Shown here in pieces: positions 50,767-60,140 of a stretch of DNA of 64,000 bases. Location of the stretch: the IMG/VR virus record IMGVR_UViG_3300042569_002050, positions 62,001 through 126,000 of that record; one strand, written 5' to 3'. Numbering within the stretch: position 1 is the first letter of the stretch; every line of letters begins with the position of its first letter. The position numbers and the translations under genes are program-made. The notes beneath the pieces are model-generated. The model saw only the letters and a list, made by a program, of their open reading frames with translations, did not search any database and had not been told where the DNA came from. This stretch comes from an uncultured virus (IMG/VR IMGVR_UViG_3300042569_002050). Lineage: Duplodnaviria > Heunggongvirae > Uroviricota > Caudoviricetes.

Positions 50767-51245
50767 TATGCTTATGTGGCTGGTCAAGGCTAGCAGCGTA
50801 CATTGATGTTATAAAATTAAAAGTTATGATTAAAATTATTAAGAACCTATACGGTTATTTGAGTTGTAAGTACTGTGGTAGAGATTGTGGATCGACTGGT
50901 TCAGGAATGTCTATTAACGGTATGTGTGAAAGATGTTATGAAAACGGAGGTGATGACGAATAGTTAAACCTAACGTGGCGGGGCAGAGTTCACTGCGTAT
51001 ATTTATAACGTAATTAAATTTAAAACGTATGAATATAAGCGCAGACACTCTCGCATTAATCCGCTCCGAAATTGGAGACTTCACAATATCACAGGTGGGT
51101 GGAAGGATCACACTCAGATTTGGCTTCTGGAAACGCGTCAACCTTTATCAACTTCAAGACATCCTAGGATCTCAAGCGATGGTGTTTGAGGACGAAATCG
51201 AGGATGACGATTGCCGAACCAGATGGAACTACAAGTTAGCTTAAC

Positions 51246-51277
51246 GTGGTTGGGCAGGGCTCACATCGTATATTTAC
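51246..51277 (+). promoter_or_regulatory. early-type bipartite promoter
   Basis: GTGGTTGGGCA-N10-CGTATATTTAC. Confidence 0.8.
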
Positions 51278-51588
51278 ACCGTACTTAAAAATAAAAGTTA
51301 TGAACAAAAAAGAAATCAAAAACGCGATTAACAAAGCAGCATATCAGTTTGCTGAGTCACTAGGTTACGAAGTGCATGATGATGGAATGGGTGGATCGGT
51401 TGCGTTCATCAAACCGGAAACAACAAATTCTGATGACACGATCGAGTGGAGCCGTAGTTACCATGATACATGCGTGTTGAATTGGGCTAGTGATGAGGCG
51501 AAAGCCGACGCCGACAAGATCGACATGCACATGGAGTCGATCATTGACGATCTTAAAGCTCAGTACGTTCCGAAAAAATAAGCGGAAC

Positions 51589-51620
51589 GTGGCTGGTCAA
51601 AGCTATCTGCGTACATTTAC
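51589..51620 (+). promoter_or_regulatory. early-type bipartite promoter
   Basis: GTGGCTGGTCA-N10-CGTACATTTAC. Confidence 0.8.
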
Positions 51621-53219
51621 GACGTACTTAAAATTAAACGTATGAACAGAATAAAAATGATGGCTCTATTGAGCGAAAAGTGGAAGGTGAAGTTCGTAAG
51701 AACGACTGAGGAGTTCAATGGTTCAACAGACGGCATCTGGATGTCTGGTGAGAACGGAGAGACAAACGGTGAAGGATTTGAGCTGTTCGATTATTATAAT
51801 GAAAATTACGATCAGTATGAGTTCGGCGTTCACCACAGTATCAAGGAGTGGGCTGAAAGCAGAGGCTGGTACTTCGAGTGGAACGATCCAGGAACAATCA
51901 TGTTGTGGAAGGATTAAAGCGAGGCGGGTCAAGACCCGCTTCATATATTTAACGTATAATAAAAATTAAAAATAAAAGTTATGAAGCAATTATTAGATCG
52001 CATTGGGTATTCAGTTGTAGGATTAATGGTATTATTATTCTTAGAAGGGATCGTCACATTAGGTAGTGCATTTAAATTCGAGACGTACAACTGGCTCGGG
52101 TACGTTGCACAAGCAATGCTCATTTACCTAGCCGTATGGCTCGCTAATAAAGCCTACGATGATGAAGCACCTAAGAAAAACCGTCCAACTACGTTCTAAC
52201 GTGGTTGGTCATAGTTCGGTTCGTATATTCACGGTATAAAATTAATAAGTATGAAGCGTAAAAGCAAAACAAACGATCAAATGCTGATCGAGTTAATCAA
52301 GTCAAATACCCCGATGCAAAATGCATTATTAAGGGAACGTATAGTAACTATAATGAATGCTACAGTGGATAGCATCACCAACACCCCTGAGAGTTGGAGC
52401 AACGGGATAATCCATCCAGGATTGTATCTCGAGTTAAACGATAACGTGAACGAGAAAATCGGCTTTCAACTTAACAGTTAAGCGGGGCGGGGCAAAGCCC
52501 CGTTCGTATATTTACGTCGTAATAAAAAATAAAATATGAGCATGTTAAAATTCAATGACGGTGAAACGTTTGATTTAAGTGGGCCATTACGTTTAGAAAG
52601 ACGAAAAGATGGACTGTATGTGGTGGGTGAAAACAGAATGATGGCTGTAAATGACGCTCTTGAAGGTAAGAAATACATTGAATTCACTAACTACCAACTC
52701 GCTCAAATGAGAAAGTGGGATGAGATTGACTTCAGAAACGACGATAGATTATAAATCATTAAACTAATAAAAGTATGTTAACGAAACGAATGAACGATTT
52801 AGAAAGACAAGCAGACGCGATTGAAGAAGCTGCAGTCAATAAGCAAATTAAGGATACAATCGATGTGAACACCTTAATGAACATGAACGATATGTATTAC
52901 GTAGGCAACCTAGTGGATGTAGATGGTAATGGGTGGGTGACTAAAGCTGAAGCGCAAGCGATATTAAATGAAATAAGCTAATAATCAGCCATTAAATAAG
53001 CTATATAAACGATTATCAAGTACTAACCAATAAAGATATAATAAGATGAAAGTATTAATTAATAATAGTTGGATCGAGCTATCAGTATTTACGGGTATAA
53101 TGTTCGGTATCGCTGAGGCCGAGGGTGAATTACTTATTATGGTGGGTCCGTTTGCCGTGATTATTAAGGCGCGGAAGTTTAAAAAACGCAACCGTAAGAA
53201 GCACCCGAACGAGCTGTAA

Positions 53220-53520
53220 CGGGCACCCGGGCAACCGGGCACTCGGGCGCGTGACCGAAAAACCCTTATAGACGGTATCGAGACGATAGCGGTACAATAG
53301 CGGTTTGATAGCGAAGTGCTCCCACGGTAATTGCGGTCAATCGACGGGCCGTAGGCAACGCAAAAAAGCTATGGGTATTCTCAACACAAACACTATAAAC
53401 ATGGGCCGACAGGTATATACGAATATATTTGGCTCCAAATCGCGATTCTAATTTCCGAAAATACCCCTTTGTCCCACATTTGCAAATCCCCAAAAAGAGG
53501 TCTTGAACAAAACTCGTTTC
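53220..53520. repeat. GC-rich non-coding region with short tandem repeats
   Basis: 4 x 8-bp CGGGC(A/G)NN (53220-53250); 3 x ATAGCG at 11-bp period (53286-53313); CAACGCAAAAAA (53356-53367). Confidence 0.7.
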
Positions 53521-53571
53521 AAGTGGCAAGGTATATACGTTATATTCACCTCAAATGTTAAACCATTAGCC

Positions 53572-54069
53572 ATGATACGCCTCACCCACGATGAAGCCAA
53601 ACAATACCGTCAATTAAATCCAGACACCGATTTCAAGTACCACATGAAGTCTGCTATCGGTTACACCCTTACCCCCGATACAAATAATCCAGGCTGGGAG
53701 TCCATCACATATTATGGTGCTAGTTGGATCGATCCTACTCTTACCCCACACAATCCTCATTACGTTTACGTTCTTTGTAACCCATCTATGCCGGGTATAT
53801 GTAAGATTGGGTATACGACGACAACTGTTTATGATCGCGTTCGCCAGCTTAATTTAGCTACGGGTGTGATTACACCATGGTATCCTGTATTTGCATATAA
53901 GTGTCCTAACGGCCGTATGTTAGAGAGTGAAGTTCATAATGAACTCGAGAAATTAGGCGCACGGATCAACAAAAAACGTGAGGGTTTCTATATGTCGTCT
54001 GATGATGCGCGTAAAATTATTGAAAAATTAGGTTCTAAATATCAAAATCAATTGAATGAAAAAGATTAA
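53572..54069 (+). CDS. GIY-YIG-like T5orf172-domain protein
   Basis: YVYVLCNPSMPGICKIGYT...RVRQL...LESEVH...REGF. Confidence 0.8.
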   Translation: MIRLTHDEAKQYRQLNPDTDFKYHMKSAIGYTLTPDTNNPGWESITYYGASWIDPTLTPHNPHYVYVLCNPSMPGICKIGYTTTTVYDRVRQLNLATGVITPWYPVFAYKCPNGRMLESEVHNELEKLGARINKKREGFYMSSDDARKIIEKLGSKYQNQLNEKD

Positions 54070-54341
54070 TTTATTAATGGTTATTATTACTTGGGTATTT
54101 GCTCACGTATTAGTTTATAACACCCACCACTATTTAGTGGAAATTTATGGTCATTATATCCATTTTATGTTAGCTGTATTTTTACTTGCGGTATATGTTC
54201 ACTATCGTTTGTTTAATCATATGATCTCTAAAATTTCCACATATTTATAGTATATACGGATAGTTGTAGGGTAGTGGCTCTCAAACGGTTTTGACCAAGG
54301 AGAGTTACGTCTTATTTAAACTATTTATATTTATTGATAGC

Positions 54342-54866
54342 ATGGCAATTTATAAAGTAAAAGCAGAAGATAAAGCAGCGTTGTTAAATCGTTTAGAAAG
54401 ACTAAACGTTAATATCAACTCAAACGATTTGAAAAATAAATCTGCATTCCAAAACGGAACTGTTGTAAATTATTTTGAATTGTCTGTTAACGATCCTGAA
54501 CAAGAAGAAAAAATTAACTCTATATTAAACCAATCACCCGCAATAAATAAAATAAGCGAAATGGAAAACAAGAAAAAAATGACTAAAGACGAATTAAAAG
54601 AAATGGTTCGTCAAGAATTGCAAGCTGTATTAGCTGAAAAGAAGAAAGTTAAAGACGAAGATAAAAAAGAAAAAATTGATGAGAATGAAGATGTAAGTGA
54701 AAGTTTACTTGCTGATGCTGCTCCAATTTTAGCTACTTTACTTGGTGTAGGTGGTACTTTAGCAGCTTCAATCATTGCTGACTTAAGAAAAGCAAAAACT
54801 CCAGAAGAAAAGAAACAAGTATTACAAAGCGTTGCTAACCAAATCAGCAAATCTAAAGGTTTCTAA
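54342..54866 (+). CDS. hypothetical (possible internal head) protein
   Basis: ATATTTAT upstream; MTKDELKEMVRQEL motif; own terminator. Confidence 0.55.
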   Translation: MAIYKVKAEDKAALLNRLERLNVNINSNDLKNKSAFQNGTVVNYFELSVNDPEQEEKINSILNQSPAINKISEMENKKKMTKDELKEMVRQELQAVLAEKKKVKDEDKKEKIDENEDVSESLLADAAPILATLLGVGGTLAASIIADLRKAKTPEEKKQVLQSVANQISKSKGF

Positions 54867-54893
54867 TAACTCCTAGGTAAATTTATAATTATC

Positions 54894-54926
54894 GAGCGGC
54901 TTGTGAAAACAAGTCGCTCTTTCTTT
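54894..54926 (+). terminator. intrinsic terminator
   Basis: GAGCGGCTTGT-GAAA-ACAAGTCGCTC followed by TTTCTTT. Confidence 0.75.
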
Positions 54927-55670
54927 GGCTACACCATTTTCCGTTCGTACATTGAGTATTAAAAATAATAAAATAATGAGATACAAAGATCTACTATTAC
55001 AAAAAGTTGAGCAGTTGGACATCATGATTAACAACTTGAACCTACTTGCTAGAGAAGGACAAATCAATGATGGTCACTTCGAACAACTAAAAGACCAAAT
55101 TGAGGAAATTCGTTATCAAATTTCATTAGAAAACGAAGACTAATATATGTTAAGTCAAGAATGGCAGGGCATATTACATTGGGTTAAAACAGAATTAAAT
55201 GAGCCTCAACGCACTCAACTTCTTACGTTATGTGAGAAGTTTGAGGCGACCCAATTACCTAAGAAAACTTTTTTTAAACTCGAGACGGAAGCCAAACCAA
55301 AGCGTCAATCTAAAAGAGATATACAGAATAAACTTATATCGGAAAACCCCAACGCAGATAATTTACAAAATATTTTAAAAGGATTTTAATATGGAAATAA
55401 TAATAGGAATATTAGGATTTATAATTATAGTTCTAGGTTTTACAACTTGGAATCTATTAATGAAGAATGAAAAAGCAGAAGATTTAATTAATGAACAAGA
55501 TACGTTAATTAATGATTTAACTTCTAGTGTAATTAAAATAGATGAAGTTATTACACAATTAGACTCATCAGGTGCATTTGAAAACGATGATGAAATAGGA
55601 ACATTTTTTGAACAAATAAAAAGTATGAGAGATACTTTATTAAACAATTTAGATAAAAAAGTAGAAAATA

Positions 55671-56465
55671 ATGTATAACGGATATTACGATAATGATAAT
55701 TTCGATGCTGCTAAGTTTTTAGATGAACAGATGGGTCCTGCTTTAACTAAGAAAGGAAACGTACGTAAACGTAAACCAAAGCAACCTAGAATATATTTTA
55801 CAGAGGATACAGAAAATGCGATTGTTGAATACTTATCACATACTGATCAAGATATTCGTAATAAAATATATAATACCCGTATTGCATATGGTTTTTATAA
55901 ATTAGCAGAAAATATTATCCATACATTTAAGTTTTATTATACTGATATGGATACGATTGAAGATCTAAAACATGAAGTAGTAGCATTTCTTCTTGAGAAA
56001 CTCCACCTATATAACCAAGATAAAGGTAAAGCATATTCATATTTCGGTACTATTGCTAAACGTTATTTAATAGTTTACAACCAGAACAACTATAAGAAAC
56101 TACAAGAAAAAGTAAATATGGACGAAGTAAACGATGAAAATGATATGTTCGTCGATAATAACATAGGTTTAGATGAGGAGAAGAATGAGCTTAATATGTT
56201 TTTAGATCAATATGTTGCTTACATTGATAAGCACATTTATACTATATTTCCTAAACAACACGATGCACGAACAGCGGATGCTATTATTGAATTATTCCGT
56301 AAGAGAGAAAATTTAGAAATATTCAATAAAAAAGCATTATACATTTATATTCGTGAAATTACAGATGTTGATACACCTCAAATTACTAAGATCATTAAAA
56401 AATTAGATACAATACGTCTTAAATTATTTAGTGAATTTTATGAACATGGATATATCAAAATGTAA
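55671..56465 (+). CDS. phage sigma factor, T4 gp55-like
   Basis: YFT...KLAENIIHTFKFY...EDLKHEVVAFLLEKLHLYNQDKGKAYSYFGTIAKRYL follows the sigma region-2 pattern of gp55; immediately upstream of structural genes. Confidence 0.7.
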   Translation: MYNGYYDNDNFDAAKFLDEQMGPALTKKGNVRKRKPKQPRIYFTEDTENAIVEYLSHTDQDIRNKIYNTRIAYGFYKLAENIIHTFKFYYTDMDTIEDLKHEVVAFLLEKLHLYNQDKGKAYSYFGTIAKRYLIVYNQNNYKKLQEKVNMDEVNDENDMFVDNNIGLDEEKNELNMFLDQYVAYIDKHIYTIFPKQHDARTADAIIELFRKRENLEIFNKKALYIYIREITDVDTPQITKIIKKLDTIRLKLFSEFYEHGYIKM

Positions 56466-56509
56466 CCTTTATTTTTTTCATATTTATACGTAAATAACAC
56501 ATAAATATC

Positions 56510-56905
56510 ATGGAAAATTTCAACCAAGTCATATTTGGTAAAAAAACTTTCTCGGATTTATTGCAGGATATATATAAGACTACGAAAAAAACTGAGGATA
56601 GAATCGAAGAGCTAATCATGGCTCTTAAACCATTCATCAATACTCCAGCAGATGCTGTGATGATTGTTCCACTTATTAAGGAATATCTGGACGTTCAGGT
56701 AAAAAATAATGATCATTTAGTAAGAATGGCATCTGTTGTTCAGAGAGCCATGACTAACAGCGCTTCTGCTGGTAGTAGTGACTTATTAATTTCTGAAGAA
56801 GAAAAAGAACAATTATTACTTGAAGTTAAGAAAATGGGGGATGAAACAAAACAATTAGAACATATTGATACTAATGCTACTAAAATATTAGAAAATGGCA
56901 ATTAA
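56510..56905 (+). CDS. conserved hypothetical late protein
   Basis: ATATTTAT at 56480; first gene of the structural block. Confidence 0.55.
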   Translation: MENFNQVIFGKKTFSDLLQDIYKTTKKTEDRIEELIMALKPFINTPADAVMIVPLIKEYLDVQVKNNDHLVRMASVVQRAMTNSASAGSSDLLISEEEKEQLLLEVKKMGDETKQLEHIDTNATKILENGN

Positions 56906-58079
56906 GTATGGTTTATCATCTATAACAAAATCACCTACAACATCATCATCTTCTCCCTTTAAATTTAAGGTTGGGAAGGTGTTTGCTACTGTTATGGATG
57001 AAAAAACTCCTTCTAAAAAGGTTTTTGATGAATGTGGGGGTTGGCAGGGAATAGGTACTGTTTTATTTAAACCTTATAATAGTAGTAGGAACGAAGATAA
57101 TTATATTGAAAACCAAACAAGCAAAACTGTATTAGGTTATTCAAAAGCTAAACCTCTTTTTCCAAATCAAAAATATTATCCTTTAAAAGGAGAATTAATC
57201 TTAATATTTTCTTTACCTTCAATAAACACACAAACAACAGATTCAAGTTCAACTCCATCATATTATTATATTACAAATATAAATTTATGGGGTAATAATC
57301 ATCAAAATGCTCAAACAGCAGATCCAGAAGCTCCTTTAGGTTTAGGTTTTGAGGAAAATCAATCTATTGAATCAATTTTACCTTTTGAAGGTGATTATAT
57401 ACTTGAGGGAAGATTTGGAAATACTTTAAGATTTGGTTCTACGAATAAAATTAATACAGGAGAAAATTTTTGGAGTGATAGTGGAAAAAATGGTGATCCT
57501 ATTACTATTTTAGCTAATGGTCATAGTTTTGGCAGTGGTACGTTATATGTTGAAGATATTAATAAAGATGCTTCTGCTTTGTATTTAACATCTACTCAAA
57601 AGGTTCCATTAGAGGTATCTAAGACAAAATTAAATCCTCTTTCTACAACGACCCTACCAAACAAATATTTAGAAGGTTCTCAAGCAATTCTAACATCTGA
57701 TAGAGTTATTATAAATTCTAAAAAAGAAAATGTTTTAGTATTTGCTCAAAATAATATTGAATTATATACAAAAAATACTATTAGTTTAGATGCTGATGAT
57801 AAATTTGTAATTAATTCACCTACTATTTTATTAGGATTAAATGGTAGCTCAGTCCCTGAAGAACCAGTACTATTAGGTAATGAAACTATTAAATTATTAA
57901 ACTCATTACTTACAAGTTTATCTTCATTTAGTACTATATGCTCTTCAGCATTAAATGGATCTAAAGGTAGTCCTATAACTCAACTTAATACTGCCGCCAG
58001 AGGGTTAAAAGAATCAGTAGATAATTTAATCCCTAAATTAGAAAAAATTAAATCACAGAAAGTAAGAGTAGCAAAATAA
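56895..58079 (+). CDS. baseplate hub/spike (gp5/VgrG-like) protein
   Basis: YPLKGELI, EGDYILEGRFGNTLRFGS, beta-helix-like repeats, EPVLLG; upstream of gp25. Confidence 0.6.
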   Translation: MAIKYGLSSITKSPTTSSSSPFKFKVGKVFATVMDEKTPSKKVFDECGGWQGIGTVLFKPYNSSRNEDNYIENQTSKTVLGYSKAKPLFPNQKYYPLKGELILIFSLPSINTQTTDSSSTPSYYYITNINLWGNNHQNAQTADPEAPLGLGFEENQSIESILPFEGDYILEGRFGNTLRFGSTNKINTGENFWSDSGKNGDPITILANGHSFGSGTLYVEDINKDASALYLTSTQKVPLEVSKTKLNPLSTTTLPNKYLEGSQAILTSDRVIINSKKENVLVFAQNNIELYTKNTISLDADDKFVINSPTILLGLNGSSVPEEPVLLGNETIKLLNSLLTSLSSFSTICSSALNGSKGSPITQLNTAARGLKESVDNLIPKLEKIKSQKVRVAK

Positions 58080-59362
58080 TGTCTAATACAATCAACATAT
58101 CAGGGTTAGCATCTAATGCATCAGCCGCTAAAAATAAATTAGAATCTCTTAAAAATATAAATGTAGAGAAATTAGCAAAAGATAAGCTAAAACAACTAAC
58201 AACAAGCCCTATTCAACGTATTTTAAACGATATTGAAGAAGCTAAAAGTAAAGTTGAAACTTTAAAAACAGATACTTTTGGTAAATTTGCAGATTTAGAT
58301 AAACGTATTGAGAATAAGTCAATTACTAGGGAAGAGGCTGATAGGATTAAGCAAATTGTACAAGGTAATTTTGATAAGGAACAAGAAGAATTACAAGATT
58401 TTATAGCTGATAAAACAGAGGATTATCAAAAATTAATTAGTAATAGTAAAGAAGCAATTAATGCTAAATTAAAATTAGCAGATGAAAAAATTAAAGGTAT
58501 TTTAAGGAAAAGTCATAAAAGAGTTAAAGGCAAAAATGCTAAAATAATAAAAGATTTATTAAGAGGAGCATTAAATGCCGCTAAAAAGAATCCTGTTCCT
58601 ATAATCATGGCTTCTTTAACTATAACTTGTCAACTAGTTTCAGTAAGAAATAAAAGAATTGAAGAATTAGTTGATAATGTTAATAGTGTTATTGATAATA
58701 TTCAATCTAAAGAAGACGTTAAAAAAGCAACTTTATTAAGAAATAATGCTATTAGAATTATAAATGAAAATGAAGCTAAAATTAATTCAATAAAGAGTAT
58801 TTTAGAAAGAATTTCACTTATATTATCTATATTAGATATCATATTAGTATTAGCTGATGTACTTTTACCATTACCAACACCCCCAGGACCTTTACCTGAT
58901 ATTGTAACCCCAGCTAAAGAAAAATTTAGAAAAAAATATGAATTAGCTGTTGAAATATTAACTGGGTTATTAGCTGCTATTTCTATTATAAGATTATTAT
59001 TAGACAGAATTATTGAAGAATTAGAAGAACAAAAAGAAAGACTTAAAGAAATTGATAAATTTTTTGACGAGCCTTCAAATCTATCGGCATTTGATAGAAC
59101 TGATTTAGATGCAGTTTTACAAACATTATCACCATCAGGAAACTTAGGTACTATAGATTCGGGTTATAAAGGATTTACATTTGCTATAAAAGAAGAAAAC
59201 GATTCAAGATTCGTCGTGGCTGGAAATTCTCGTCGTTATGCGGTTGCTTTAAATCGAGATAAGAATGAAGTATTACAATCTCAACGTTCTTTTACACTAG
59301 ACCCTGACATTCTTATTGAAGAACTTAAATTAATCATAGATCAACAAAATCTTAAAGCTTAA
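58079..59362 (+). CDS. helical hypothetical virion-associated protein
   Basis: Coiled coil plus hydrophobic segment; within baseplate block. Confidence 0.5.
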   Translation: MSNTINISGLASNASAAKNKLESLKNINVEKLAKDKLKQLTTSPIQRILNDIEEAKSKVETLKTDTFGKFADLDKRIENKSITREEADRIKQIVQGNFDKEQEELQDFIADKTEDYQKLISNSKEAINAKLKLADEKIKGILRKSHKRVKGKNAKIIKDLLRGALNAAKKNPVPIIMASLTITCQLVSVRNKRIEELVDNVNSVIDNIQSKEDVKKATLLRNNAIRIINENEAKINSIKSILERISLILSILDIILVLADVLLPLPTPPGPLPDIVTPAKEKFRKKYELAVEILTGLLAAISIIRLLLDRIIEELEEQKERLKEIDKFFDEPSNLSAFDRTDLDAVLQTLSPSGNLGTIDSGYKGFTFAIKEENDSRFVVAGNSRRYAVALNRDKNEVLQSQRSFTLDPDILIEELKLIIDQQNLKA

Positions 59363-59373
59363 TATTTATTATT

Positions 59374-59730
59374 ATGGATGCTAAACAATTCAAATCAGTT
59401 ATTAAAGAAGCAGTTCGCGAAGCAGTTCGTGAAGAAATTGGCTTAATGTTATTGGAACAATTAAAAAGTGGAAATGCTGTACAAAGTAAACCACTTACTG
59501 AAAATCGTTCATTATCATTTGATAGTGGGGATGTTCATAGTGTTGGAATGAGATCACAAGTTGGTAACAAAATGGCAGAAATGTTCGGAATGCCAGCAGG
59601 TGCTAAACCTCAATCAAAAAACCTACAAGTAGATCCAAATAGTGATAACCCATTTGCTGCTTTTATTAATGATACTGCTAATAACCTTAGTCCTCAAGAA
59701 ATGAGACAAATGTTACAATCACAAGGATAA
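59374..59730 (+). CDS. hypothetical late protein
   Basis: FKSVIKEAVREAVREE motif; ATATTTAT at 59362. Confidence 0.55.
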   Translation: MDAKQFKSVIKEAVREAVREEIGLMLLEQLKSGNAVQSKPLTENRSLSFDSGDVHSVGMRSQVGNKMAEMFGMPAGAKPQSKNLQVDPNSDNPFAAFINDTANNLSPQEMRQMLQSQG

Positions 59731-60140
59731 TGCCTACACCAAGAATATATCGTGTTGATCCTAGAGATTTGCAAAAAAATATTGCAATTGGTCTTAGTAT
59801 TCCTTTTAATAAGTTCTCTGCTTTTAAAAGCACGTATAGTACTAAAGAACAGGTAAAATATAATTTAATTAATCTTTTATTAACTAATAAAGGTGAAAGA
59901 GTTGAAAATCCTGAATTTGGTTGTGATATTAAAAAGTCTATATTTGATTTTATCAACACGGATAATATTAATAAAATTAATAATAACATAAGGGTTGGTG
60001 TACAAACATTTATACCTGAAATAAATTTAGAAAACGTAATCATTACCCCTGAACCAGATCAAAACTATGTAAATGTAAAAGTTGAATATAGTATGAGAAT
60101 ATCAGGAGAAGCGGATGAAATACAAATTAACTTTGAATAA
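59730..60140 (+). CDS. baseplate wedge protein, gp25-like
   Basis: NLINLLLTNKGERVENPEFG. Confidence 0.85.
   Translation: MPTPRIYRVDPRDLQKNIAIGLSIPFNKFSAFKSTYSTKEQVKYNLINLLLTNKGERVENPEFGCDIKKSIFDFINTDNINKINNNIRVGVQTFIPEINLENVIITPEPDQNYVNVKVEYSMRISGEADEIQINFE

Noticed and set aside
38563..52520. CRISPR array or attC-like cassette array suggested by the recurring intergenic motif
   Set aside because: Copies are degenerate, non-palindromic, separated by whole genes and positioned like promoters. No cas or integrase gene is present; the Cas4-like nuclease at 12155 is a common stand-alone phage gene.
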